A DNA stretch of 64,000 nt from an uncultured Desulfobacterales bacterium (GTDB taxonomy: Bacteria > Desulfobacterota > Desulfobacteria > Desulfobacterales > JAFDDL01), in NCBI GenBank assembly GCA_964407825.1, contig CAYOXD010000001.1, positions 46,032 through 110,031 on the forward strand, written 5' to 3'. Made by a program: the position numbers and the translations under genes. Positions within the stretch are counted from its first letter, which is position 1, and each line of letters begins with the position of its first letter. Under the pieces are notes generated by a model that was given only the letters and a program-made list of their open reading frames with translations, did no database searches and had not been told where the DNA came from. This document shows, piece after piece, positions 54,894 to 61,821 of the stretch.

Positions 54894-55679
54894 TCAGTGT
54901 GCGCCCCCGCCCCCCTTGAACAGATACCCGATGAGCAGGCCGGCACCAATGGCTACCAGTACCGCCAGGACCCCATAGAGCAAGCTGTGATTGAAGGCAA
55001 GATTGGACAGAAACGCCGGCATTCCCACTGTTCGCGCCTGGATCACATGGGCATCCCGCGCCAGGATCTGCCCGTCCCGGATGGCAAAGGTCTCCAAGGT
55101 GTAAGCGCCGGGCACCAGCCCCGATGGCAAATGAACGCTGGCATGAAAGGCCCTGACACCCCCCTTGTCCTCGTAATGGATGGCGCGGGATTGGATGCCG
55201 TAGAGTCCATCGCGTTCCTTCAGCTTCAGGAACTCTCCAATGAGCAACTGTCGGTCCTGCCCCTGGGGCGAAATCTCTATTTTCCTCGCCAGGGACTCGA
55301 AGCCCAATCCCAGCTTTTGCCAGGTTTCGGGCTGGTGGGTCATCAGCCAGCTCAGCTCGTTCGATGGCACCAGCAGCATCAGCGTCGGCACGTTATCCAT
55401 TTCCACCGAGCCCATATTCATCCATAACACCCGCAGGGCCTTCCCCTTCTTTTTGAAGTGCTCGTTGCCGAGTTTTCCCGTGATCCGGATCAGGGCCTCT
55501 GCATCTTTGGGAAGGGTTCCGGAGACGAACAGATTGTCCCCATTATATGTGGTTCCGATGGAAACGGCAGCAGGATTCACGTAAACGGTCAGGGGTGTTT
55601 CCATCATGGCAGCGGCCTGCCCCCCCCATCCCAAGGCAACCGCCAAAAAAATCATCAAAGCACAGCGTTGAATTCTCAT
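54894..55679 (-). CDS. TIGR02186/DUF2186-like secreted protein with C-terminal TM anchor
   Basis: Signal peptide MRIQRCALMIFLAVALGWGGQAAA and C-terminal TM segment LLYGVLAVLVAIGAGLLIGYLF. Typically paired with TauE/DUF81 genes, as here (3-nt gap). Confidence 0.5.
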   Translation of the reverse strand: MRIQRCALMIFLAVALGWGGQAAAMMETPLTVYVNPAAVSIGTTYNGDNLFVSGTLPKDAEALIRITGKLGNEHFKKKGKALRVLWMNMGSVEMDNVPTLMLLVPSNELSWLMTHQPETWQKLGLGFESLARKIEISPQGQDRQLLIGEFLKLKERDGLYGIQSRAIHYEDKGGVRAFHASVHLPSGLVPGAYTLETFAIRDGQILARDAHVIQARTVGMPAFLSNLAFNHSLLYGVLAVLVAIGAGLLIGYLFKGGGGAH

Positions 55680-55682
55680 TGA

Positions 55683-56612
55683 TCAATGTCCTCCCATATG
55701 AGCCAGTAGTATACCGGGTTGTGCCAGAAGCCCATAGAGCATCTTGCCCATGACCACCAACACGAGAGAAGCCAGGATGATTTTGAGTTGATCGGCTTTC
55801 AGATTCTTGCTGATTTTTGCCCCCAGCTGGGCGCCGAGGGCAGAACCGACCATCAAAAACAGCGCCAGCACAAAATCGACGGTGTGATTGCTGTAAGACT
55901 GCATGATGGTAACGTCGATGCAGGTGAACAGGATCTGGAAAAGGCTCGTTCCCACCACCACGTGCATGGGCATCCGGAGCATATACACCATCACCGGTAC
56001 CATGATAAATCCGCCGCCGACGCCCATGATCGCGGCCAGGACCCCCACCAGGACCCCCATCGCCAAGGGCAGCAAAAAGGACATCTCCACGCCGGATTTG
56101 TCAAAATAGGTCTGCCCGGGCAACATCTTTATCAGGCGGCTGTAAGAGGATTCCTTTACGGGCGCGGCTTTTTGGGCCGTGTCGATGGGTTTCTTGCGGA
56201 GCGCCTGAAGGCTCTCCACGAACATGAAGATACCGACGAACCCCAGCATCAACACATAGGTGACATTGATCAGAAAGTCGGCGTTTCCCAGGTGGCGCAG
56301 CACCTTGATTACCTGCACCCCGCCGGTCCCACCGATAACGCCGCCGATCAGGAGCAGAATCCCCATCTTAAAGTCCACGTTTCCCAGGCGGTAATGGGCA
56401 AAGGTGCCGGAGGTGGAAGCCCCTACGATCTGGTTGGAATCCGAGGCCGCCGCCACTGTGGGGGGGATACCGAACATAATCAGAAGCGGCGTCATGAGAA
56501 ACCCACCACCCACTCCGAATATGCCGGAGAGCAAGCCAACGAGGCCACCCAACCCCAGGATCAAGAACACATTGATGCTGTTTCCTGCAATCGGTAAATA
56601 CAAATGCCACAT
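55683..56612 (-). CDS. TauE/SafE (DUF81) family anion exporter
   Basis: 309 aa, 8-9 TM helices, Gly-rich repeated halves (GLLSGIFGVGGGFLMTP and AAIMGVGGGFIMVP). Confidence 0.85.
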   Translation of the reverse strand: MWHLYLPIAGNSINVFLILGLGGLVGLLSGIFGVGGGFLMTPLLIMFGIPPTVAAASDSNQIVGASTSGTFAHYRLGNVDFKMGILLLIGGVIGGTGGVQVIKVLRHLGNADFLINVTYVLMLGFVGIFMFVESLQALRKKPIDTAQKAAPVKESSYSRLIKMLPGQTYFDKSGVEMSFLLPLAMGVLVGVLAAIMGVGGGFIMVPVMVYMLRMPMHVVVGTSLFQILFTCIDVTIMQSYSNHTVDFVLALFLMVGSALGAQLGAKISKNLKADQLKIILASLVLVVMGKMLYGLLAQPGILLAHMGGH

Positions 56613-56637
56613 GATGGTCTCCTTATATAATAAAAGA

Positions 56638-57054
56638 TTAACTTATCGGCTTCATATGAACGACTTCGATACGGCAGGTCAGTCGGTGGTGAAGTTTCTC
56701 GAGGAATTCGGCAAAATCGCCTTCATGGGCATCGGATTCGCCTGGAGAGGCGATCACCAGGAGGGTGATCCGGTTCTGCTGGATGTGACGGATCAGCTCG
56801 CCTGCATAGTCCCCCTGGGCCTGATAATATTCCAGGGGGACCCCATCGGCGCGGCCCTCGTCGATCAACGCCTTGATCTTGTCCATGGCCGTTTCCACAT
56901 GCTTCGGGGAGTGATCCCCCCCCCCGCCCCTGGCCGGTGGAACCACCAGCAGAAAAGACACGTGCGAATTGATACGCTTGGCCAGGTTCAGAGCATGAAT
57001 GCCAGCCCACAGGCTGGCGGGGTCCGGACTCATTCCGGCTAAAATTCTTTCCAT
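56638..57054 (-). CDS. Universal stress protein (single domain)
   Basis: Start at MERILAGMSPD with GGAAGGAGA SD (track start 57111 is an over-extension). Usp-like LLVIASPGESD. Confidence 0.7.
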   Translation of the reverse strand: MERILAGMSPDPASLWAGIHALNLAKRINSHVSFLLVVPPARGGGGDHSPKHVETAMDKIKALIDEGRADGVPLEYYQAQGDYAGELIRHIQQNRITLLVIASPGESDAHEGDFAEFLEKLHHRLTCRIEVVHMKPIS

Positions 57055-57081
57055 GGCGTCTCCTTCCATCCGGAATGAAAC

Positions 57082-57097
57082 AGCATGAACCATGCCA
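57082..57097 (-). promoter_or_regulatory. Sigma-54 (-24/-12) promoter for the USP-TauE-...-USP operon
   Basis: The minus strand reads TGGCATGgttcATGCT, with GG and GC separated by exactly 10 nt. Located 28-43 nt upstream of the ATG at 57054 and downstream of the sigma-54 activator gene. Confidence 0.6.
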
Positions 57098-57159
57098 CAT
57101 TTGCGAGTCAATTATATCAATTTGTTACAACGAAAGAAGGGGGCCCCGGGCATCATTCT

Positions 57160-57173
57160 TTTCAAATTGAAAC
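57160..57173. promoter_or_regulatory. Candidate enhancer (UAS) site A
   Basis: TTTCAAATTGAAAC (contains the perfect 6-1-6 palindrome TTTCAA-a-TTGAAA). About 65-75 bp upstream of the -24 element. Confidence 0.4.
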
Positions 57174-57241
57174 ATAAGGGGCAAAATACCTAATTGTCGT
57201 GGTATATCATTGGGATGGGTGAAAATTCCGAAATGCGCTTG

Positions 57242-57255
57242 TTTCGTTTTGAAAC
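57242..57255. promoter_or_regulatory. Candidate enhancer (UAS) site B
   Basis: TTTCGTTTTGAAAC. It has the same TTTC-N3-TTGAAAC frame as site A, exactly 82 bp away. Confidence 0.4.
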
Positions 57256-57273
57256 GCGGATAAACGCAACCCC

Positions 57274-58629
57274 TCACCCCCGTAACCGATAGCGTTTCAT
57301 TTTGCGCCATAGCGTGGTCCGGGGAAGATTCAGGATCTTGGCGGCCTGGATCTTATTGTTCCGGGTCTTCCTGAGCACCTTTTGGATGTGCAACCTCTCG
57401 ATCTCCTCGAGGTTAAGAAGTCCTTCGCCCTCGATGAGATTGAATTCGAGCTGCTGAAGATCGGGCGGCAGGTCCCGCACCTGCACAACCTTGCCGTTGC
57501 TCAAGGCCACGGCTCGCTGAATGATGTTCTCGAGTTCGCGCACATTTCCCGGGAAATGATACTGCATTAGAACATCCAGTGCCTTATCGGAGATGCCCTC
57601 CACAGTCTTGCCGAAGTACCCGTTGTACTTGCCGATGAAGGCGGAAACAAACAGCGGGATATCCTCCCGTCGTTCGGTGAGCCGGGGCAGATGTATGGAA
57701 ACCACATTGAGCCGGTAGAACAGATCCTCCCGGAACTCACCGTCCTGGCTTGCCTTCTTCAGATCCTTGTTGCTGGCAGCGACAATTCGGATGTCCACCG
57801 CGATGGACTGGGTACCGCCAACCCGCAGAATGGCCTTCTCCTGGATGGCACGCAGAAGCTTCACCTGCATGGACAGGGGCATTTCGCCGATTTCGTCAAG
57901 GAAAACCGTGCCGCCGGCGGCCGAGTCCAGCAGACCGATCTTGGTATGGGTAGCGCCCGTGAAGGCCCCCTTCTCGTGGCCGAAAAGCTCGCTGCAGATC
58001 AGTTCCTCGTTGAAGGCCGCGCAGTTGAAAGACACAAAGGGCTTGCCCGATCGGGGACTGATGGCATGGATGGACCGGGCGACGAGCTCCTTTCCCGTAC
58101 CACTGTCCCCCTGGAGCAACACGTTGCAATCCACGGCGGCCACCTTGTTCACCATGGCCAGCACCTCCTGCATGGCCGGGCAGGCACCGATGAACTGATC
58201 CGCGACGGGGTGCCGGGGGGTCAGGGCCGCCTGAAGGCGACGGTTTTCTTCGCGCGCCAGGAATCTCTCTCTGGCGCCCGCGGCCAATGCCGTAATCTGG
58301 CTGAGCTTGAAAGGCTTGCTGAGATAGTGGAAGGCAGCCTTTTTCATGGCCTCCACAGCGGATTCGATGGACCCGTGTCCGGTGATGACAATGATCTCCA
58401 CATCCTCGTAACGTTCGGTCAGGGCGGAGAGGATCTCCATGCCCTGGATATCCGGCAGTTTCAGATCCAGGAAGATGAGCTGAAAGGGGGCTTCGGCCAT
58501 ACGTTTCAAAAAGGGACTGCCCGCGCCGAAGGTCTCCGTTTTAAAACCCTCTTTCTCCAGAACAGGTGTTAACCGGTCACGGACGATGACCTCATCGTCC
58601 ACTACGGCCGCTCGAAAAAATGGCGTCAC
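57274..58629 (-). CDS. Sigma-54-dependent response regulator (NtrC family: REC-AAA+-Fis HTH)
   Basis: REC domain (VVDDE..., LIFLDLKLPD), Walker A GDSGTGKE, GAFTGA loop (EKGAFTGA), C-terminal HTH AAKILNLPRTTLWRKMKRY. The GTG start overlaps the kinase stop. Confidence 0.9.
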   Translation of the reverse strand: MTPFFRAAVVDDEVIVRDRLTPVLEKEGFKTETFGAGSPFLKRMAEAPFQLIFLDLKLPDIQGMEILSALTERYEDVEIIVITGHGSIESAVEAMKKAAFHYLSKPFKLSQITALAAGARERFLAREENRRLQAALTPRHPVADQFIGACPAMQEVLAMVNKVAAVDCNVLLQGDSGTGKELVARSIHAISPRSGKPFVSFNCAAFNEELICSELFGHEKGAFTGATHTKIGLLDSAAGGTVFLDEIGEMPLSMQVKLLRAIQEKAILRVGGTQSIAVDIRIVAASNKDLKKASQDGEFREDLFYRLNVVSIHLPRLTERREDIPLFVSAFIGKYNGYFGKTVEGISDKALDVLMQYHFPGNVRELENIIQRAVALSNGKVVQVRDLPPDLQQLEFNLIEGEGLLNLEEIERLHIQKVLRKTRNNKIQAAKILNLPRTTLWRKMKRYRLRG

Positions 58630-60053
58630 GATGTTTCCCCCTGTGGCGTATCGATGGGCAGCGAAATGGTGAAGCAGGTCCCCTCGTCCACCCGGCTGTT
58701 GACCTCGACGGATCCGCCATGGGCATGAATGATGCCATAGACGAGGGAAAGCCCCAGGCCGGTGCCCTTGCCGACCTCCTTGGTCGTGTAAAATGGATCG
58801 AAGATATGGGCCATGTCCGAAGCGGGGATGCCGATCCCCGTATCGGAAATGGTGACGCGGACCCGGTCCTTGTCCCCCGGCGACGCGCCGATCTCGATGG
58901 TGCCCCCCTGGGGCATGGCATGGATGGCGTTGATGATGATGTTGACAAAGGCGTTTTCCAGTTGCTGCTGCTTTCCCCTAACCGGCGGCAGCCCCGGGGC
59001 GATGTTCTTCACCAGGACGATCCCCTTGACCATGAGTTGATTTTTCACCAATTGCAGCGTTTTTTCAAGGACGCTGCTGATGTCCAGGCGGACGAGGACC
59101 GGCTTTTCGGATCTCGAAAACTCCAGCAAATGCTTCACGATGAGGCTGGCCCGGTCAGCCTGGCCGATAATGTCCTCCAGGAGGCTTTTGCGCTCCTCCA
59201 GATCGTCTCCCCCACCGTCGCCCATCAGCAACAGGGTCTCGGCCGTCAGGGATATATTGTTCAAGGGGTTATTGAGCTCATGGGCGATGCCCGAGGTGAA
59301 GGTGCCGATGGAGGCCAGCTTCCTGGACTGGAGCAGCTGTTCCTGTCGGGTTTCCAACTCGACGGCCATCTTGTTGAAAGCGTCGATTAATTTGGTGATT
59401 TCATTTACATTTTTAACGTGATAGGAGATGGGGCGGAAGCTCCCGGAGGCCAAATGTTTCAAGGCACCCCGAATGGTGTAGAGCGGCTTGAGGATGCTGG
59501 CGCTGACCAATTGGAAAACGATAATGGTAAGGGCGACAAAGATCACGAAGTAGGCAACCGGGAGAATCAGGCTACGGTTCAGCGCGTTATCGATGTGGCT
59601 GCGCTTGGTCCGGATCAGGTTCTGGGCGAATTCCACCAGATTCTTTCCCTGATCCCGGATCTCCTCCACACGGGCGCCCTGGCGCCCCTGGGCACCGGCG
59701 GCCATGGCCTTTTTCATGAGGGCCGCATAGTCCCCGAGGGCGCTCTTGAACCTGAGGAACTGCTTACGCCCCACGACCTGGGAGATATCAGGGCCAAGCG
59801 AGTCAAAGCCCTCTTCGGTCTTCGCGAGATAGGCCTCCCAATTTTCGATGCTGGCAGCATCGCCGTAGTAGGTAAAGTTCTTTTCAAAGCGCCGCATTTC
59901 CAGGATATGGTTGAGGACATTGTCGAAATTCTCGATCATGACCAATTTGCGCTTCAGGGAATACATGGTGGCATAGTGCAGAATCGTCAGCATCCCGCTG
60001 AAAATCAGGCACACGGCAAAGAGCGTAATGATCCGTCCCCGGATGGACTTCAT
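58626..60053 (-). CDS. Sensor histidine kinase (2 TM, extracytoplasmic helical sensor, HAMP, HisKA, HATPase_c)
   Basis: H-box SGIAHELNNPLN, N-box NIIINAIHAM, G-boxes DTGIGI and GTGLGL. Start at MKSIRGRIITLFAV (GGGGAGG SD), not the track start at 60143. Confidence 0.85.
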   Translation of the reverse strand: MKSIRGRIITLFAVCLIFSGMLTILHYATMYSLKRKLVMIENFDNVLNHILEMRRFEKNFTYYGDAASIENWEAYLAKTEEGFDSLGPDISQVVGRKQFLRFKSALGDYAALMKKAMAAGAQGRQGARVEEIRDQGKNLVEFAQNLIRTKRSHIDNALNRSLILPVAYFVIFVALTIIVFQLVSASILKPLYTIRGALKHLASGSFRPISYHVKNVNEITKLIDAFNKMAVELETRQEQLLQSRKLASIGTFTSGIAHELNNPLNNISLTAETLLLMGDGGGDDLEERKSLLEDIIGQADRASLIVKHLLEFSRSEKPVLVRLDISSVLEKTLQLVKNQLMVKGIVLVKNIAPGLPPVRGKQQQLENAFVNIIINAIHAMPQGGTIEIGASPGDKDRVRVTISDTGIGIPASDMAHIFDPFYTTKEVGKGTGLGLSLVYGIIHAHGGSVEVNSRVDEGTCFTISLPIDTPQGETS

Positions 60054-60078
60054 GGTGGCCTCCCCATCCCTGTCTCTG

Positions 60079-60108
60079 AATATAGACCTCATGATATGGT
60101 GTTCGCAA
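60079..60108 (-). promoter_or_regulatory. Candidate sigma-70 promoter of the kinase/activator operon
   Basis: The minus strand reads TTGCGA, then an 18-nt spacer, then TATATT. This would give a leader of about 20 nt containing the SD. Confidence 0.3.
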
Positions 60109-60237
60109 GGCTCGAGGGAAGAAACGCACGCCGACCCCGTCACGGCCGAGAGCGCAGCCCTGAACCAATCCCTTGGGACTTATTATATAAAGGCGCGCCA
60201 ATTATCAACCCGGCCTGCATCCGGAAAATGCTTTCCA

Positions 60238-60261
60238 TTGAACCCGTTTTATGCGAAACCC
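60238..60261. promoter_or_regulatory. Third occurrence of the GGGTTCAA-type half-site (site E)
   Basis: The plus strand reads TTGAACCCgttttatgCGAAACCC, which on the minus strand is GGGTTTCG-N8-GGGTTCAA. About 185-210 bp upstream of the kinase start. Confidence 0.3.
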
Positions 60262-60372
60262 ACCTTACAGCGGCACCAATCCGGGAGCCATCATCCAAAG
60301 CTGGCCTGGGCATCCGCCGGGGGGCCGACTGGCATGATCATCCAACCCCATCCTATCAAGGAGGAACCTGAA

Positions 60373-60723
60373 ATGGCCAATTTCCTGTTTGTACTCAGCT
60401 CGAATGACAATGAAAAGGCAACCCGCTGTTTTCAATTCGCAAAAATCGCCCACGGCAAGGGACACAGGGTAAACCTGTTCTTCATCGACGGCGGGGTCGA
60501 ATGGGCGATTCGAGACAGGGACGGAAGCATTCGGACCACCACCGGCGACTGCCCTGCCGACTACCTCCCCTATCTGGTGGAAAACGAAGTCCCCGTGGGC
60601 ATCTGCACGCCCTGCGCCAACAGCCGGAAGCTCGACGAAGCCCGCTTCCATCCCAACATGGCCCTGGACGGCGGCCCGCATCTGATCGATATGGCGGCTG
60701 AATCCAAGGTATTTAATTTCTAG
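60373..60723 (+). CDS. DsrE/DsrF-like family protein
   Basis: MANFLFVLSSNDNEKATRCFQFAKIAHGKGHRVNLFFIDGGV...PVGICTPCANSRKL...KVFNF. AAGGAGGA SD. The track ORF from 60028 is an over-extension. Confidence 0.7.
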   Translation: MANFLFVLSSNDNEKATRCFQFAKIAHGKGHRVNLFFIDGGVEWAIRDRDGSIRTTTGDCPADYLPYLVENEVPVGICTPCANSRKLDEARFHPNMALDGGPHLIDMAAESKVFNF

Positions 60724-60769
60724 GGGAGAGGATGTTCACCGGGAACAGCTGCCGCGTAGGGCCCATGCT

Positions 60770-60787
60770 GGGTTCAAAATATTGAAC
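60770..60787. promoter_or_regulatory. Candidate enhancer (UAS) site C
   Basis: GGGTTCAAAATATTGAAC (inverted GTTCAA / TTGAAC halves). About 215-230 bp upstream of the plus-strand sigma-54 promoter. Confidence 0.4.
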
Positions 60788-60851
60788 ACTCCCGAATATG
60801 CTTGTTATCCATTTATTATTATTTATTATTTTATACAAAACCACCGAAATC

Positions 60852-60869
60852 GGGTTCAAAATTACGAAC
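60852..60869. promoter_or_regulatory. Candidate enhancer (UAS) site D
   Basis: GGGTTCAAAATTACGAAC. The first 11 nt are identical to site C, exactly 82 bp downstream of it. Confidence 0.4.
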
Positions 60870-60935
60870 GGATACCTACCCAGCGCCGGGGGAGCCCCCA
60901 GGGGCGCGCCGGTTCCGAGCATGCCTCAAACCATG

Positions 60936-60948
60936 ATTCATCATGAAT
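60936..60948. promoter_or_regulatory. Perfect 13-bp palindrome between the UAS sites and the sigma-54 promoter
   Basis: ATTCAT-c-ATGAAT. It lies in an A/T-rich stretch that also contains the tandem repeat ATTTATTATT x2 (60811-60830). Possible bending or IHF-type site. Confidence 0.3.
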
Positions 60949-61002
60949 AAAATAAGCTCGTTATGAAATACATCAAAGACACGGGGAGGGCTTATTCGAT
61001 AT

Positions 61003-61018
61003 TGGCATTGCTATTGCA
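61003..61018 (+). promoter_or_regulatory. Sigma-54 (-24/-12) promoter for lutC-lutBA
   Basis: TGGCATTgctaTTGCA. TGGCA and TTGCA both match the consensus, with exact GG-N10-GC spacing. Confidence 0.7.
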
Positions 61019-61109
61019 TCCTTACTTTTCCAGTCAGATAATTAATTTCATCTGTTCTCCTCCTTTCGGCTGGTTGTTTGGGCGCAACCGGCCGATATTT
61101 TCTCCTCCT

Positions 61110-61157
61110 AACGGCCGGTCGGGGGCTCGACTCCCGGTCGGCCGTTCCTATTTTTTT
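61110..61157 (+). terminator. Leader terminator (attenuator) candidate upstream of lutC
   Basis: AACGGCCG-gt-CGGGG-gctcga-CTCCCG-gt-CGGCCGTT hairpin (61110-61146), then CCTA, T7 (61151-61157) and G8. The 5' arm can alternatively pair with ACCGGCCG at 61087-61094. Confidence 0.45.
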
Positions 61158-61206
61158 GGGGGGGGCTCCAGTTCTGGACCTGTTGAATCCGGTGCCAGGG
61201 GGTGGT

Positions 61207-61821
61207 ATGGGTTCGCGCAAGACCCTGTGGTATGGATTGGGAAGGGATCAACCGATGGTCTCCAACAACGTCTCGGACATATTCACCCGAAATCTGAGCG
61301 CCGTGTCAGCCGTTGTGCACCCGGTGGCGAGCCTCGACGAGACCTTGGCCTATGCTGTGGCACTGTGTGAGGTCAGAACGTCCGGATGCCTGCGCCCCGG
61401 GGTGGCGGCCCCGGGCCTCGATGGACCGCTTTTCCATCGCCTGACGGCCCTCTGCGCCGATCGGGGGGTCCGCATGGTCCAGAGGAACCTGCGACGCTTC
61501 AGCGACGGCTTCGATGTGGGCTTCACCCTCGCAGACTACGGCATTGCGGAGACCGGAACCCTGGTAATCGACTCCTCCTCCGAGGATCTGCGCCTGGCCA
61601 CCATGCTGTGCGACACCCATGTGGTGGTCCTGCCCCTGAGCCGGCTGCGGGCGACGGCCGCGGAGGCGGCGCCCGAACTGACCCTGCTAATGAAACACCC
61701 GCCTGCCGCTTATCTCGCCTTCATCACGGGTGCCAGCCGAACGGCGGACATCGAACGGGTCCTGGCCCTGGGGGTTCACGGCCCCCTGGCCCTCCACGCC
61801 CTCCTGTGGGAGGACCGCTGA
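61207..61821 (+). CDS. lutC: LutC-like LUD-domain protein (lactate utilisation protein C)
   Basis: LUD motif ADYGIAETGTLVIDS. Start at 61207 (AGGGGG SD) or 61255 (GGGAAGGGA SD); the track start at 61078 lies inside the leader. The stop overlaps the next ATG (TGATG). Confidence 0.75.
   Translation: MGSRKTLWYGLGRDQPMVSNNVSDIFTRNLSAVSAVVHPVASLDETLAYAVALCEVRTSGCLRPGVAAPGLDGPLFHRLTALCADRGVRMVQRNLRRFSDGFDVGFTLADYGIAETGTLVIDSSSEDLRLATMLCDTHVVVLPLSRLRATAAEAAPELTLLMKHPPAAYLAFITGASRTADIERVLALGVHGPLALHALLWEDR

Noticed and set aside
61034-61051. Minus-strand mini-ORF MKLII preceded by a perfect AGGAGGAG SD
   Set aside because: It is only 5 codons, lies on the antisense strand of the lutC leader and has no promoter evidence. 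The SD-like sequence is simply the reverse complement of the CU-rich box that is better explained as part of the plus-strand leader.
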